Source of the DNA: an uncultured bacterium
GTDB taxonomy: Bacteria; Fidelibacterota; Marinisomatia; Marinisomatales; UBA1611
Length of the DNA: 46,167 bases
NCBI GenBank assembly: GCA_964478995.1
Contig: CAYZJY010000004.1
Span: 1 to 46,167, forward strand
Direction: 5' to 3'
How positions within the stretch are numbered: position 1 is the first letter of the stretch; the number at the start of each line of letters is the position of its first letter. Of the stretch, positions 8,814-18,522 are shown piece by piece. The notes below the pieces were generated by a model. That model had not been told where the DNA came from and did not search any database. It saw only the letters and a list, made by a program, of their open reading frames with translations. A program made the translations under genes and the position numbers.

Positions 8814-9953
8814 ATGGTAAAAAAACTCATAGTCATTATACTTCTTGTGACAGTCAGAGTATCTGCACAAGACTTATCCATTTTCTTTCTCAAAGATGGT
8901 TCGATCGTCCAGGGTCAAGTTGTCAATGAGAATCAATATAGGATATTCTTAAAAACAGAACAAGGTACCATAAAATTATTACCTTCTGATATTCTTGGAA
9001 GAGAAGATGCTGCAAAGAAAGGTGATCTTACGTTTGTATCTGAGAGATTAGAATATTTGCAAGGCAATGTTAATCATTTAACAGGTCAGGTCAATCACTG
9101 GAATGATTCCTTGAAGACCGCCCTTACTGACCTACATGAACTTTTCAAAGACCTAGAGGTATTACAAAATGAATTTGAGATAGACCTTCTAAGGTTGCAT
9201 TCCCAAGGTCGTGAGCAAAAAAAGAAGATGGAATATGTTCAAGATGACCTTGTCAATCAGAGAGTGGACATTGCTTCAAATAGACAAGAAATGGGGGGCA
9301 TTGATGATACAGTATCTACTCTGAATGAAAATTTTTCAAAAGTTAGTCAAAAGTTGGACGTTACTGCAAACCAATCCTATTTATTGTCGGGTAATTTGTC
9401 ATCAATCAAAAAAGACATACAATCCATAAGAAGCATACAAGAAAACCAGCAGAATCAAATTGACATGATGGCTGGTGCATTGGCAAATAACATTCAAGAA
9501 GTCATTAGAGTTCAAGGAAAATTTGGAGATGTTGAAGATGGAGTCAATGATAATCAAGTGGAAATCAAAAAATTAAACCATAGTCTTGATGAAAAGACAG
9601 ATCAACTTGCACAGGACATGAGGTCAATGCTTAAAGATCTAACCAATCGTTTGGATGTGATATCAACAAAGATAGAGGACATGGATAAGAACGCTTTGAA
9701 AGCACGTAAGAAATTGGCAACAGATCTAGGTGATCTTGCAAATGAATTGGAGATCATTGGTGAAAAAGTGATCACATTGACAAGGGATTTTCGCACCAAT
9801 GAAGAAAAATTAAGTTCAATTGGTGATAAAGTTGATAAAGTAGATGGTAAGGTTGACAAGGTGGATGGTAGTGTTAAAAAGTTGAATGATAGTCTAACAA
9901 AACTTAAAACTCAAGTTGATGACATTCCACTTCCAGCATCGACAGAGAATTGA
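8814..9953 (+). CDS. Secreted coiled-coil protein of unknown function (small N-terminal beta domain plus ~300-aa heptad-rich region)
   Basis: I prefer the ATG at 8814 (MVKKLIVIILLVTVRVSAQ signal peptide) to the listed TTG at 8793, which falls inside or just after the putative promoter. The rest is Leu/Asn/Asp/Lys-rich heptad sequence and ends in GDKVDKVDGKVDKVDGSVKK. Confidence 0.7.
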   Translation: MVKKLIVIILLVTVRVSAQDLSIFFLKDGSIVQGQVVNENQYRIFLKTEQGTIKLLPSDILGREDAAKKGDLTFVSERLEYLQGNVNHLTGQVNHWNDSLKTALTDLHELFKDLEVLQNEFEIDLLRLHSQGREQKKKMEYVQDDLVNQRVDIASNRQEMGGIDDTVSTLNENFSKVSQKLDVTANQSYLLSGNLSSIKKDIQSIRSIQENQQNQIDMMAGALANNIQEVIRVQGKFGDVEDGVNDNQVEIKKLNHSLDEKTDQLAQDMRSMLKDLTNRLDVISTKIEDMDKNALKARKKLATDLGDLANELEIIGEKVITLTRDFRTNEEKLSSIGDKVDKVDGKVDKVDGSVKKLNDSLTKLKTQVDDIPLPASTEN

Positions 9954-10043
9954 TTGATTTCTGCTAATCTTCATTATTTAGTATTAAAATCTGCTATTCG
10001 TATTTTGTTCATTAACAATAAAAATTTATATAGATGAGGTAAT

Positions 10044-11339
10044 ATGTTTTTTTCTAGGTACATTACAATTTTATTATTGTCAACTTTGGTTTTTGGGCAA
10101 GATCCAGAAGCCTTACTCAATGAAGGTGAGTCAATGCTTTCATCAGGTGATGTAAGTGGTGCAGAATCTTTATTTAATAGCGCTTTAAAGGTCGACCCTT
10201 CTTTTGCGCCTGCTCTTAAAGCCCTATCTAAATTAAATCTTCATAAAGGTGACTTGAAAAAGGCTAATGAATATTCAATTCAAGCTGTCCAGGCTGATGA
10301 GGATTTTCGTGACTGGTCGGAAAAGATAGGAAAGATCACAGAACATATTCAAAATGGAAATCGTAATGTTCAGCAGAGTTTATTTGAAGAGGCGATCGAA
10401 GAATATGATAAAATATCCCAAGCACATCCTTATTTCCCTGATGCAGAATTCTATAAAGGCCTAACAAGATTCAGACAGAAAGACATAGAGGGTGCAGCCA
10501 GGCATTTCAGTAATGCTTTAAAAATTTACTCTGAACATAAAAAAGCACGTAAAGGTCTGGATAATGTGACAAAGCAGTTTCTTAATGCAGGAAATAAATC
10601 CTATAAACGTGGTGACCTAGGAAAGGCAACCAGTTATTATGAGAAGGCCCTAGAGTTCGATCCAGAATTCTATCTTGCTTATTTTCAATTAGGAGTATTG
10701 CAAAAGAAACAGGGCCAATCGAAGGCTGCCATTGAGTCTTTGAACCGAGTGATTGAGATCAAACCAGACCATGATAAAACTTGGTTTACCCTTGGTACTG
10801 CATATGAATCGGATGGTAATGTAGACATGGCAATTGATCACTATAAAAAGGCCATTGATATTAATCCAGGATATTCAAAGGCTTATGGTAATCTAGGAAA
10901 ACTTTATACTGATAAGCAGGAATTCAAAGAAGCAGAAGATGTTTTAAAAACAATTGTTCAGATCGACTCTGATTATTCAGATGGTTTCATGCGCTTAGGG
11001 TTATTGTACATAGAACAAGAAAATTATGAAGATGCTGCAAATAATTTGAAAAGATCAACTGAGTTAGATGATAAAGACTATAATAAATATTTTAATCTTG
11101 CTAGTGCCTATAACCATCTTGAAAAATGGAATAATGCGGCAACAGCAGCACAGTCTTGTATTGATCTTAAAAAGAAATTTGGTGGAGGGTGGTTAGAACT
11201 TGGTCTTGCTGAGATGGGTCGTAAAAACAAGACGAGAGCAAAAAGACATTTTGAAGAAGCTCGTAAAGATAGAGATTGGAGAAAAATGGCTGAAAGAAAG
11301 ATAGATGAAATAAATAATCCAGCTAAATACGAAAAGTAG
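10044..11339 (+). CDS. Secreted tetratricopeptide-repeat (TPR) protein
   Basis: 431 aa with signal peptide MFFSRYITILLLSTLVFGQ. It has multiple 34-residue TPR units, e.g. AYFQLGVLQKKQGQSKAAIESLNRVIEIKPDHDK, TWFTLGTAYESDGNVDMAIDHYKKAIDINPGYSK and AYGNLGKLYTDKQEFKEAEDVLKTIVQIDSDYSD. Confidence 0.85.
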   Translation: MFFSRYITILLLSTLVFGQDPEALLNEGESMLSSGDVSGAESLFNSALKVDPSFAPALKALSKLNLHKGDLKKANEYSIQAVQADEDFRDWSEKIGKITEHIQNGNRNVQQSLFEEAIEEYDKISQAHPYFPDAEFYKGLTRFRQKDIEGAARHFSNALKIYSEHKKARKGLDNVTKQFLNAGNKSYKRGDLGKATSYYEKALEFDPEFYLAYFQLGVLQKKQGQSKAAIESLNRVIEIKPDHDKTWFTLGTAYESDGNVDMAIDHYKKAIDINPGYSKAYGNLGKLYTDKQEFKEAEDVLKTIVQIDSDYSDGFMRLGLLYIEQENYEDAANNLKRSTELDDKDYNKYFNLASAYNHLEKWNNAATAAQSCIDLKKKFGGGWLELGLAEMGRKNKTRAKRHFEEARKDRDWRKMAERKIDEINNPAKYEK

Positions 11340-11348
11340 TTTAAATCC

Positions 11349-12041
11349 ATGGAACAGATCAGGGGTGTAATTTTTGATTTAGACAATACTTTACTGGACT
11401 TCATGAAGATGAAGGAGTTTGCTGTTAAAGCTGCAATAAAAGGCATGATAGAAGCTGGCTTAATGGTTGATGAAGAGTCCTCCTATAATGAAATCGTTGC
11501 GATATATGAACAATTTGGATGGGAAAACCAGAAAGTATTTGATGTCTTCATTGAAAAGCAGATAGGCAGGGTAGAACATAAATACCTTGCTGCAGGCATA
11601 GTTGCTTACAGAAGAGCGCGAGAGGCTAATTTAATGGCATACCCCAATGTAAATAAAACATTGATGGCATTGGCCAAATTAGGTATAAAACTTGGTGTTG
11701 TATCTGATGCTCCCAGCAGAGAGGCTTGGATGCGTATATACTATCTTAATCTTTATCATTTTTTTGATGTGGTCATAACCTTTGATGATACAGGTGAAAG
11801 GAAACCATCTGAGAAACCCTTCAAAATGTCATTGGATTCTTTGGGATTGGAACCCCAGGAAGCAATAATGGTAGGTGACTGGCCTGAAAGAGATGTCGTT
11901 GGTGCAAAGCAAATTGGAATGAAAACCGCTTTTGCGCGCTATGGAGACACCTTTGGAACTGTCAATTCAGGTGCAGATTGGGATTTGAATGACATATACC
12001 AATTAGTTATGATCATTAATGAATTTAATGGAAGCGCCTGA
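11349..12041 (+). CDS. HAD-superfamily hydrolase (phosphatase, subfamily IA-like)
   Basis: 230 aa with motif I VIFDLDNTL, motif II VVSDAP and motif IV MVGDWPERDV. Confidence 0.85.
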   Translation: MEQIRGVIFDLDNTLLDFMKMKEFAVKAAIKGMIEAGLMVDEESSYNEIVAIYEQFGWENQKVFDVFIEKQIGRVEHKYLAAGIVAYRRAREANLMAYPNVNKTLMALAKLGIKLGVVSDAPSREAWMRIYYLNLYHFFDVVITFDDTGERKPSEKPFKMSLDSLGLEPQEAIMVGDWPERDVVGAKQIGMKTAFARYGDTFGTVNSGADWDLNDIYQLVMIINEFNGSA

Positions 12042-12393
12042 TATATACTTGGGCAATGACCTGATAGAAGTATCTAGGATCCTATCTTCGATCAATAAAA
12101 TTGGACAAAGGTTTTTAGATCGTGTATATACCAAAGTAGAGCAAGATTATTGCCAAACTAAGGTAAATCCTCAAATACACTATGCGGGAAGATTTGCTGC
12201 CAAAGAGGCAGTGATGAAAGCATTAAAGTCATCTGGGTTTCAAAAACCCATTGCATTTAAATCCATAGAGATCAGGTCAGGAGATAATGGAGAGCCCATT
12301 GTTAATCTAGATCTCCCTTGCCATGGCAAATGTAGAGTTTCTATTTCTCATACAGATAGTCATGCGATCGCATCAGCGATTTATATTTTGTAA
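12019..12393 (+). CDS. acpS: Holo-[acyl-carrier-protein] synthase (4'-phosphopantetheinyl transferase)
   Basis: About 121-124 aa with LGNDLIEVSRI, FAAKEAVMKAL and ISHTDSHAIA blocks. The start is either ATG 12019 or ATG 12028, and both overlap the HAD gene end. Confidence 0.85.
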   Translation: MNLMEAPDIYLGNDLIEVSRILSSINKIGQRFLDRVYTKVEQDYCQTKVNPQIHYAGRFAAKEAVMKALKSSGFQKPIAFKSIEIRSGDNGEPIVNLDLPCHGKCRVSISHTDSHAIASAIYIL

Positions 12394-13925
12394 TGAGATT
12401 ATTGACCTCTGAGCAAGCCCATTTCCTTGACAGGGTCACAATAGATGAATTTAAAATTCAAACTAGTGTCCTGATGAAAAATGCTGGTCAGGTCATTGCT
12501 GACCAGGCCAAGGTAATGATAGCTGAATTTTCCAATCCGAAGATATTGATATTTTGTGGAAAGGGAAATAATGGCGGAGATGGTTATGCAGCGGCTTCCA
12601 TATTGCATCATGAAGGTTGTTCAGTTAACATCCACTCCATTAGAGAGGAAAATGATATTAAAGACGATTCTTTGCCTTTCTACATGGATTGCATGTCTCT
12701 TGGGATTCAAAATTCATTTGGTGAGGATTTAAAAAAATTAGAAGATGCTGATCTGATAATTGATGGGATATTGGGCATTGGACTTAAGGGTCCTGTGAGG
12801 GAAAGTCTTAGACCATTATTAAATTGGATCAACAATTCAGAAAGCAAGGTGTTATCAATTGATGTTCCTTCAGGATTGGATTGTGATACAGGTATCTATG
12901 AACCCATGTCAGTAAAGGCAAATGTCACCTTGACCTTTGGATATCCTAAAATAGGTATGTACTTAAGACAAGGCCCTGAATATTGCGGGGATATAATTGT
13001 CAAGGATATTGGTTTTCCATCATTAAACAAGGTAGAACTGCCAGGCTTGGAATGGACATTGAATGAAAAGAAAAATATCCAAGAGCATTTTGTTAAACCA
13101 AAAAATGACATAAATAAATATTCAGCAGGAAAGGTCTTAATTATTGCAGGATCTCGCGGAATGACCGGAGCTGCAATATTATCAACATATGGTGCATTGA
13201 GGTCTGGTGCTGGACTCACAATAACCACCAGCCCTTCTTCTTTGAATGAGATCTATGAGAGATCCATTATTGAGGGTATGACATTGCCATTGGATGATAA
13301 AGATACTGGTCTTTTAGGCTATGAACATTTTGATTTGATCATGGAGAAGGTAGAGTGGGCAGATTCTGTCTTGCTTGGTCCAGGACTTGGTCGACATCTT
13401 TCAACCCAGCGCCTGATCAAAGAGTTGTTCTTATCAATAGAAAAGCCACTTGTACTTGATGCTGATGGTTTTTTCCCTTTTTCAGGTGATATTGGAAAAT
13501 TATTTGAAAGAGAACACCCTTTAATAATTACACCTCATTTTGGGGAATTTTCTAGGTTGCTGGGCCAAGAAAAAGAAAAGATCATGTCAGAATTTCCAAG
13601 ATTCATGACCGAGTTCATGGAAAATTTTGATCAAACATTACTTGTTAAACAAGTACCAGTTTGTATTGCCAAAGGTAATGATATTGAAATTAATGTTACC
13701 GGAAATCCCGGACTGGCTACAGCGGGAACCGGCGATGTACTTGCAGGTATAATTTCAAGTTTGGTCTCTCAGGGATTCAACTGTTACGATTCAGCGTCCA
13801 TCGGTGCATATGTTCATGGGATGGCAGCAGACCATCTGGTCTCAGAAAAAGGGTTTAGAGGACAAATTGCTTCAGACCTGCTTCAAATGATACCAGAAGT
13901 AATAGGTTCATATGAAAAATCATAA
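12393..13925 (+). CDS. nnr: Bifunctional NAD(P)H-hydrate repair enzyme Nnr (epimerase + ADP-dependent dehydratase)
   Basis: 510 aa. The N-terminal YjeF_N half has CGKGNNGGDGYA. The C-terminal carbohydrate-kinase half has KYSAGKVLIIAGSRGMTGAAIL and GLATAGTGDVLAGII. It shares a TAATG junction with acpS. Confidence 0.93.
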   Translation: MRLLTSEQAHFLDRVTIDEFKIQTSVLMKNAGQVIADQAKVMIAEFSNPKILIFCGKGNNGGDGYAAASILHHEGCSVNIHSIREENDIKDDSLPFYMDCMSLGIQNSFGEDLKKLEDADLIIDGILGIGLKGPVRESLRPLLNWINNSESKVLSIDVPSGLDCDTGIYEPMSVKANVTLTFGYPKIGMYLRQGPEYCGDIIVKDIGFPSLNKVELPGLEWTLNEKKNIQEHFVKPKNDINKYSAGKVLIIAGSRGMTGAAILSTYGALRSGAGLTITTSPSSLNEIYERSIIEGMTLPLDDKDTGLLGYEHFDLIMEKVEWADSVLLGPGLGRHLSTQRLIKELFLSIEKPLVLDADGFFPFSGDIGKLFEREHPLIITPHFGEFSRLLGQEKEKIMSEFPRFMTEFMENFDQTLLVKQVPVCIAKGNDIEINVTGNPGLATAGTGDVLAGIISSLVSQGFNCYDSASIGAYVHGMAADHLVSEKGFRGQIASDLLQMIPEVIGSYEKS

Positions 13926-14259
13926 GTTATATTTCTATTTATATTTATTATTGGTTATATCTGCATCAAGCATACCAGGAAACTCAGTACCAAGCGTCAT
14001 TGGACTAACATGGGATAAATTACTTCATTTTTTTGAATATTTTATTTTGGGGGTACTAGGTTTTAGAGCCTTTTACAAGGATGATAATTTTAATATTTAC
14101 ATTTTATGCCTATTTGGTATTTTATTTGGATGTTTTGATGAATTATGGCAGAAAATGATACCAGGTAGATTCTCGAGCCATTATGATATTATTGCAGATG
14201 GAATTGGTGTAATTTGTGGTGTGTGGACTAGTCATTATATCTTAAATAAAAAATCATGA
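13912..14259 (+). CDS. VanZ-family small membrane protein
   Basis: 115 aa with 3-4 hydrophobic segments. It has the DKLLHFFEYFILG and DELWQ..IPGR.....D motifs typical of VanZ-like proteins. Confidence 0.7.
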   Translation: MKNHKLYFYLYLLLVISASSIPGNSVPSVIGLTWDKLLHFFEYFILGVLGFRAFYKDDNFNIYILCLFGILFGCFDELWQKMIPGRFSSHYDIIADGIGVICGVWTSHYILNKKS

Positions 14260-15857
14260 TTCAAAGATTATACATTAAGAATTTTGCAATTATTGATGAA
14301 ATTGACATTGATTTCCAACCTGGTCTAACAGTTGTAACTGGTGAAACCGGTTCAGGCAAATCAATATTATTAGAGGCTCTTGGGGTTGCCCTTGGGGCAA
14401 AGGCTGACAAGATAATGGTACGAAATGGCGCAGAAAGGGCAGTTGTTGAAGCAAAATTCAACGATATGGAGATTCGAAGAATAGTGTCTGATAAAGGACG
14501 TACAAGATCTTATATGGATGATGAATTTGTTTCTCTGATAGATCTAAAAAAGGAAAATACTAAAAGAGTAGATTTCCATGGACAACATGATCAACAATTT
14601 ATTTTAGATAGAAACAGCCATGTTGATTATCTTGATAGATATTGTGAACATCAACATGAAGTTTCAGAGATAGAAAAGATCTACTCTGAATTGGTCAGCA
14701 TGAGATTGGAACTTAATAGATTACAAAAGGAAGATCATCAAAAAAAAGAGAGACTAGATCTTTTGAATTTTCAGGCAAATGAGATTGACGTAGTGGCACC
14801 TGTTGTAGGAGAAGACGAAAAGGTAAAGAGGGCATTTAAAAAAATAAGCAATCTTGAAGAAATATTAAGTTCTCTAAGAAATATAAAAAATGAAATTTCG
14901 GACTCGAATCACAGCATGACCGAGCAATTAAATTCCACATATCATGAATTGACCAAGATTGAAAAACATGATCCCAATATTTCTCGCATTAGTAGTTTAA
15001 TATCTGATTCAATTGTTCAATTGGAGGAAGCAAACTCAGAGATCAACTCACAATTAATGGAATTAGAATTTAATCCAGAAGAACTTAATACCTTAGAAGG
15101 TCGATTAAATGCCTTAGAATCATTGAAAAGAAAGTATGGAGGGTCAATAGAGGCTGTCATTGAGGAAAGAAAAAGGATCAAGCAAGAGGTCATTGCTGTG
15201 AATGACCTCGAGAAATCCATGGCATTGCTCGAAAATACCATAAGACAAAAAGAAAAGGAATTTTCCAAAAGAGCAATTACCATACACAAAAAACGTAAAA
15301 TGAGATCAAAGGAATTATCTGATAAAATTGTATCTGCAATGGCAGATCTAAACATGGATGGTTCGCGTTTTGATATTATTCTAGATCAAGAGGAAAGTGT
15401 GGAAGGCTTTGTGGAATTGAATGGAAGATCATATGATGCATCTGAAAAAGGCATAGACAGGGTTGAGTTTTATCTCTCGGCGAATCCAGGCGAACCTACC
15501 AAACCATTGGCATCCGTTGCTTCTGGAGGCGAAATATCAAGGATAATGCTTGCAATAAAGACCGTTTTCCAAGATATCGATCCAGTTGGAACATTGGTTT
15601 TTGATGAAATTGATTCAGGCATATCTGGTAAGGCTGCAGAAAAGGTCTCAAAACATTTATTGGAATTAGCCCAAAAAAAACAGGTTATTTGCATTACCCA
15701 TCTGTCACAAATTGCCAATCAGGCAGATCACCATTTACATGTCAAAAAATATGTTAATGGAAAAAAAACCTTTGTAGACATGGAATATTTGAATGAACTA
15801 GAGAGTTCAAGGACCATTAGAGACCTTTTCATTGGAACAGAAACATTTAATGCATAA
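14256..15857 (+). CDS. recN: DNA repair protein RecN
   Basis: 533 aa with N-terminal Walker A GETGSGKSILLEAL, a long central coiled coil, a C-terminal SMC signature SGGEISRIMLAIK and Walker B LVFDEIDSGISG. Confidence 0.95.
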   Translation: MIQRLYIKNFAIIDEIDIDFQPGLTVVTGETGSGKSILLEALGVALGAKADKIMVRNGAERAVVEAKFNDMEIRRIVSDKGRTRSYMDDEFVSLIDLKKENTKRVDFHGQHDQQFILDRNSHVDYLDRYCEHQHEVSEIEKIYSELVSMRLELNRLQKEDHQKKERLDLLNFQANEIDVVAPVVGEDEKVKRAFKKISNLEEILSSLRNIKNEISDSNHSMTEQLNSTYHELTKIEKHDPNISRISSLISDSIVQLEEANSEINSQLMELEFNPEELNTLEGRLNALESLKRKYGGSIEAVIEERKRIKQEVIAVNDLEKSMALLENTIRQKEKEFSKRAITIHKKRKMRSKELSDKIVSAMADLNMDGSRFDIILDQEESVEGFVELNGRSYDASEKGIDRVEFYLSANPGEPTKPLASVASGGEISRIMLAIKTVFQDIDPVGTLVFDEIDSGISGKAAEKVSKHLLELAQKKQVICITHLSQIANQADHHLHVKKYVNGKKTFVDMEYLNELESSRTIRDLFIGTETFNA

Positions 15858-17110
15858 TGGATAGATTAGTAATTCAAGGTCAAGAACCACTTTCTGGTTC
15901 TATCAAGATCAGTGGTGCAAAGAATGCTGTCCTTCCTATCATGACAGCTGCATTGATGGCAGAGGGTGAATGCATTATTACAAAAGTGCCTGACCTACGT
16001 GATACAAGAACCATGATAAAATTAATGGAAATTGTTGGTGCAAAGTGCTCTTTTAAGGAAAACATTTTAAAAATAGATAGTTCAACAGTTAATAATCCTG
16101 AAGCTCCTTATGACCTAGTTAAGACCATGAGGGCATCATTCTATGTTCTAGGGCCTCTATTGGCAAGATTTGGAACCGTTAGAGTATCTCTACCTGGTGG
16201 ATGTGCCTGGGGCCCACGCCCTGTAGATTTTCATTTAAAAGGGTTAGAGAAACTTGGAGCAAAGATCACCTTGAAAAGTGGTTATATATTGGCCGAAGCA
16301 AAACGATTGAAAGGAACAAAGATCAGTTTTGAATTTCCTTCTGTTGGTGCAACGGGTAATATTGCCATGGCAGCCGCAACTGCAGAAGGAACTACGATCA
16401 TAGAAAATGCAGCAAGAGAACCTGAAATAGTTCAATTATGCGAGTACCTAAATCAGATGGGTGCCTCAATAAAAGGAATAGGAACATCAAAGATCATCAT
16501 TGATGGCGTAGATGCACTTCACTCTGCAAATATAGAGGTCATACCTGATCGCATAGAAGCAGGAACATTTTTGATGGCAGGTGCACTACTAGGAAAAATC
16601 ACACTTACAGATGTCAATCCAAATCACTTGGATACAGTTTTACTAAAATTAAAAGAAGTAGGTAGCCAAATAAAAACAACCTCTAATTCTGTGACCATTG
16701 AGCCTAGAAAATTAAAGTCAATCGACATGACGACAGCAGTTTATCCAGGATTTGCCACTGATCTTCAGGCACAATGGGTAGCCTTAATGTCCTTGGCAGA
16801 AGGCTCGTCCATGGTAACTGACACAGTATACCATGACCGTTTTAGTCATGTCCCGGAATTAAATCGTTTTGGTGCAAATATCAAAGTTGATAACAATACT
16901 GCCTTTATTAGGGGAGTCAGGGAGTTGGTTGGTGCTCCGGTCATGTCCACAGATATTAGAGCCAGCGCTTCTCTGATCATTGCTGGGTTAGTGGCTCGAG
17001 GAGAGACCACTGTGAGTCGGATCTATCACATCGATCGTGGATATGAGAGAATTGAAGAAAAGTTTCAATCATTAGGTGCAAAAATACATCGAGAAAACCC
17101 AACTGGATAA
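15857..17110 (+). CDS. murA: UDP-N-acetylglucosamine 1-carboxyvinyltransferase
   Basis: 417 aa with ISGAKNAVLPIM, LPGGCAWGPRPVDFHLKGL (catalytic Cys), FATDLQAQW and IYHIDRGYERIEEK. Confidence 0.97.
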   Translation: MDRLVIQGQEPLSGSIKISGAKNAVLPIMTAALMAEGECIITKVPDLRDTRTMIKLMEIVGAKCSFKENILKIDSSTVNNPEAPYDLVKTMRASFYVLGPLLARFGTVRVSLPGGCAWGPRPVDFHLKGLEKLGAKITLKSGYILAEAKRLKGTKISFEFPSVGATGNIAMAAATAEGTTIIENAAREPEIVQLCEYLNQMGASIKGIGTSKIIIDGVDALHSANIEVIPDRIEAGTFLMAGALLGKITLTDVNPNHLDTVLLKLKEVGSQIKTTSNSVTIEPRKLKSIDMTTAVYPGFATDLQAQWVALMSLAEGSSMVTDTVYHDRFSHVPELNRFGANIKVDNNTAFIRGVRELVGAPVMSTDIRASASLIIAGLVARGETTVSRIYHIDRGYERIEEKFQSLGAKIHRENPTG

Positions 17111-17169
17111 ATTGTTTACTTATCTTAAAAAAGAAGTAATTTTATAGAATATCTTATGAGTCTTGAAAG

Positions 17170-18522
17170 ATGAAAGTTGTTATTATTGGCGGTGGAGAAG
17201 TAGGCTTCCATGTTGCTAAAGCTTTAAGTGAAGAAAATTATGACATCACCGTTGTTGATATTGATCCCATAAAGTGTCGTAGAGCCTCAGAAAATCTTGA
17301 TGTCATTGTTGTTGAAGGTAATGGCGCAAGCCCCAACACTCTAAATGAAGCAAAAGTTGGTGATGCTGATTATGTGTTATGCCTGACAAGGGTTGATGAG
17401 GTTAATTTAATTGCATCTCAGCAAGCTCATAAACTCGGTGCCAATAGGATAATTGCAAGACTGCGAAATCAGCAGTATACCACGCAAGATTCAATCATAC
17501 GTCCTGAAAAATTTGGAGTAGATATTGTTATCCATCCCGAGAAGGCTGCTTGTGAAGAGATTACAAGATTGGTCAAACATCCTTATGCTGTCCAGGTAAT
17601 GGATTTTGAGGCTGGTCGCTTGACAATGTTGGGACTGACAATTGACATAGCATGTGAAAGTATCGATGGTATTCCTCTAGGCCAGATAGCAAAGAATAAT
17701 AGTCACTTTAGGTTTGGTGTGATTGCTGTATTAAGGGGGCAAGAAACAATAGTACCATGGGCAGAGTTTACCTTTCAAGAGGGTGACATAGGGTATTTTG
17801 TAATAAAGACCGAAGACATCCAAAACTTAATGACACTATTATGTAAAGAAGTTACAACTACTAAGCGCGTGATGATCATAGGAGGAAGTAAAATTGGTCG
17901 ATCTCTCGCAAAAGAATTACCTAATGAATCTGTAAATGCTAGACTTATAGAATATGACCGTCCAAAAGCAGGATTGATATCTCATTCAATCGATGAGTCC
18001 ATGATAATATATGGTGATGGAACTGACATAGAATTTTTAAAATCTGAGAATATCCAAAATGTAGATAGTTTCATATGTGTTACTGAGAATGAGAAGACGA
18101 ACCTTATTGCTGGACTATTGGCTAAACATCTTGGTGCAAAACAAAGTATTATACATGTCTCTACTACTGAATACATTCCAACGATTCAAGAAATTGGTGC
18201 AGGAGCAGTCATTAGTAAGAATTTATCCACAGTAAATGCGATTCTCAGAGAATTGCATACTGACATCACTGAAATTCCAGTAGTAACCTTTGATGAGATA
18301 GAGGTTGATGTAATTGAATTTCAACCTGAACCGAATAGCCCTGTGACCCAACGTCCTTTAAAAGAATTGAATTTTCCTAAAGATTGCATTGTTGGAATGA
18401 TCAATCACCACGGAAAGATTAGAATCGCACATGGAACTTCCATTTTAACAGAAGATGATACAGCATTGGTTTTTGCTAAGCCTAAAGCCATAAGTAAAAT
18501 AAAAAAATTATTTTCATCATGA
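17170..18522 (+). CDS. trkA: Trk potassium uptake system protein TrkA (tandem RCK/NAD-binding domains)
   Basis: 450 aa with two Rossmann-type repeats (MKVVIIGGGEVG and VMIIGGSKIGRSLA), each followed by an RCK_C-like segment. Confidence 0.92.
   Translation: MKVVIIGGGEVGFHVAKALSEENYDITVVDIDPIKCRRASENLDVIVVEGNGASPNTLNEAKVGDADYVLCLTRVDEVNLIASQQAHKLGANRIIARLRNQQYTTQDSIIRPEKFGVDIVIHPEKAACEEITRLVKHPYAVQVMDFEAGRLTMLGLTIDIACESIDGIPLGQIAKNNSHFRFGVIAVLRGQETIVPWAEFTFQEGDIGYFVIKTEDIQNLMTLLCKEVTTTKRVMIIGGSKIGRSLAKELPNESVNARLIEYDRPKAGLISHSIDESMIIYGDGTDIEFLKSENIQNVDSFICVTENEKTNLIAGLLAKHLGAKQSIIHVSTTEYIPTIQEIGAGAVISKNLSTVNAILRELHTDITEIPVVTFDEIEVDVIEFQPEPNSPVTQRPLKELNFPKDCIVGMINHHGKIRIAHGTSILTEDDTALVFAKPKAISKIKKLFSS

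Noticed and set aside
9826-9870. Short imperfect nucleotide tandem repeat (gataaagttgataaagtagatggtaaggttgacaaggtggatggt)
   Set aside because: It is in frame within a coiled-coil ORF and encodes VDKVDG repeats. It is not a CRISPR array or a non-coding satellite.
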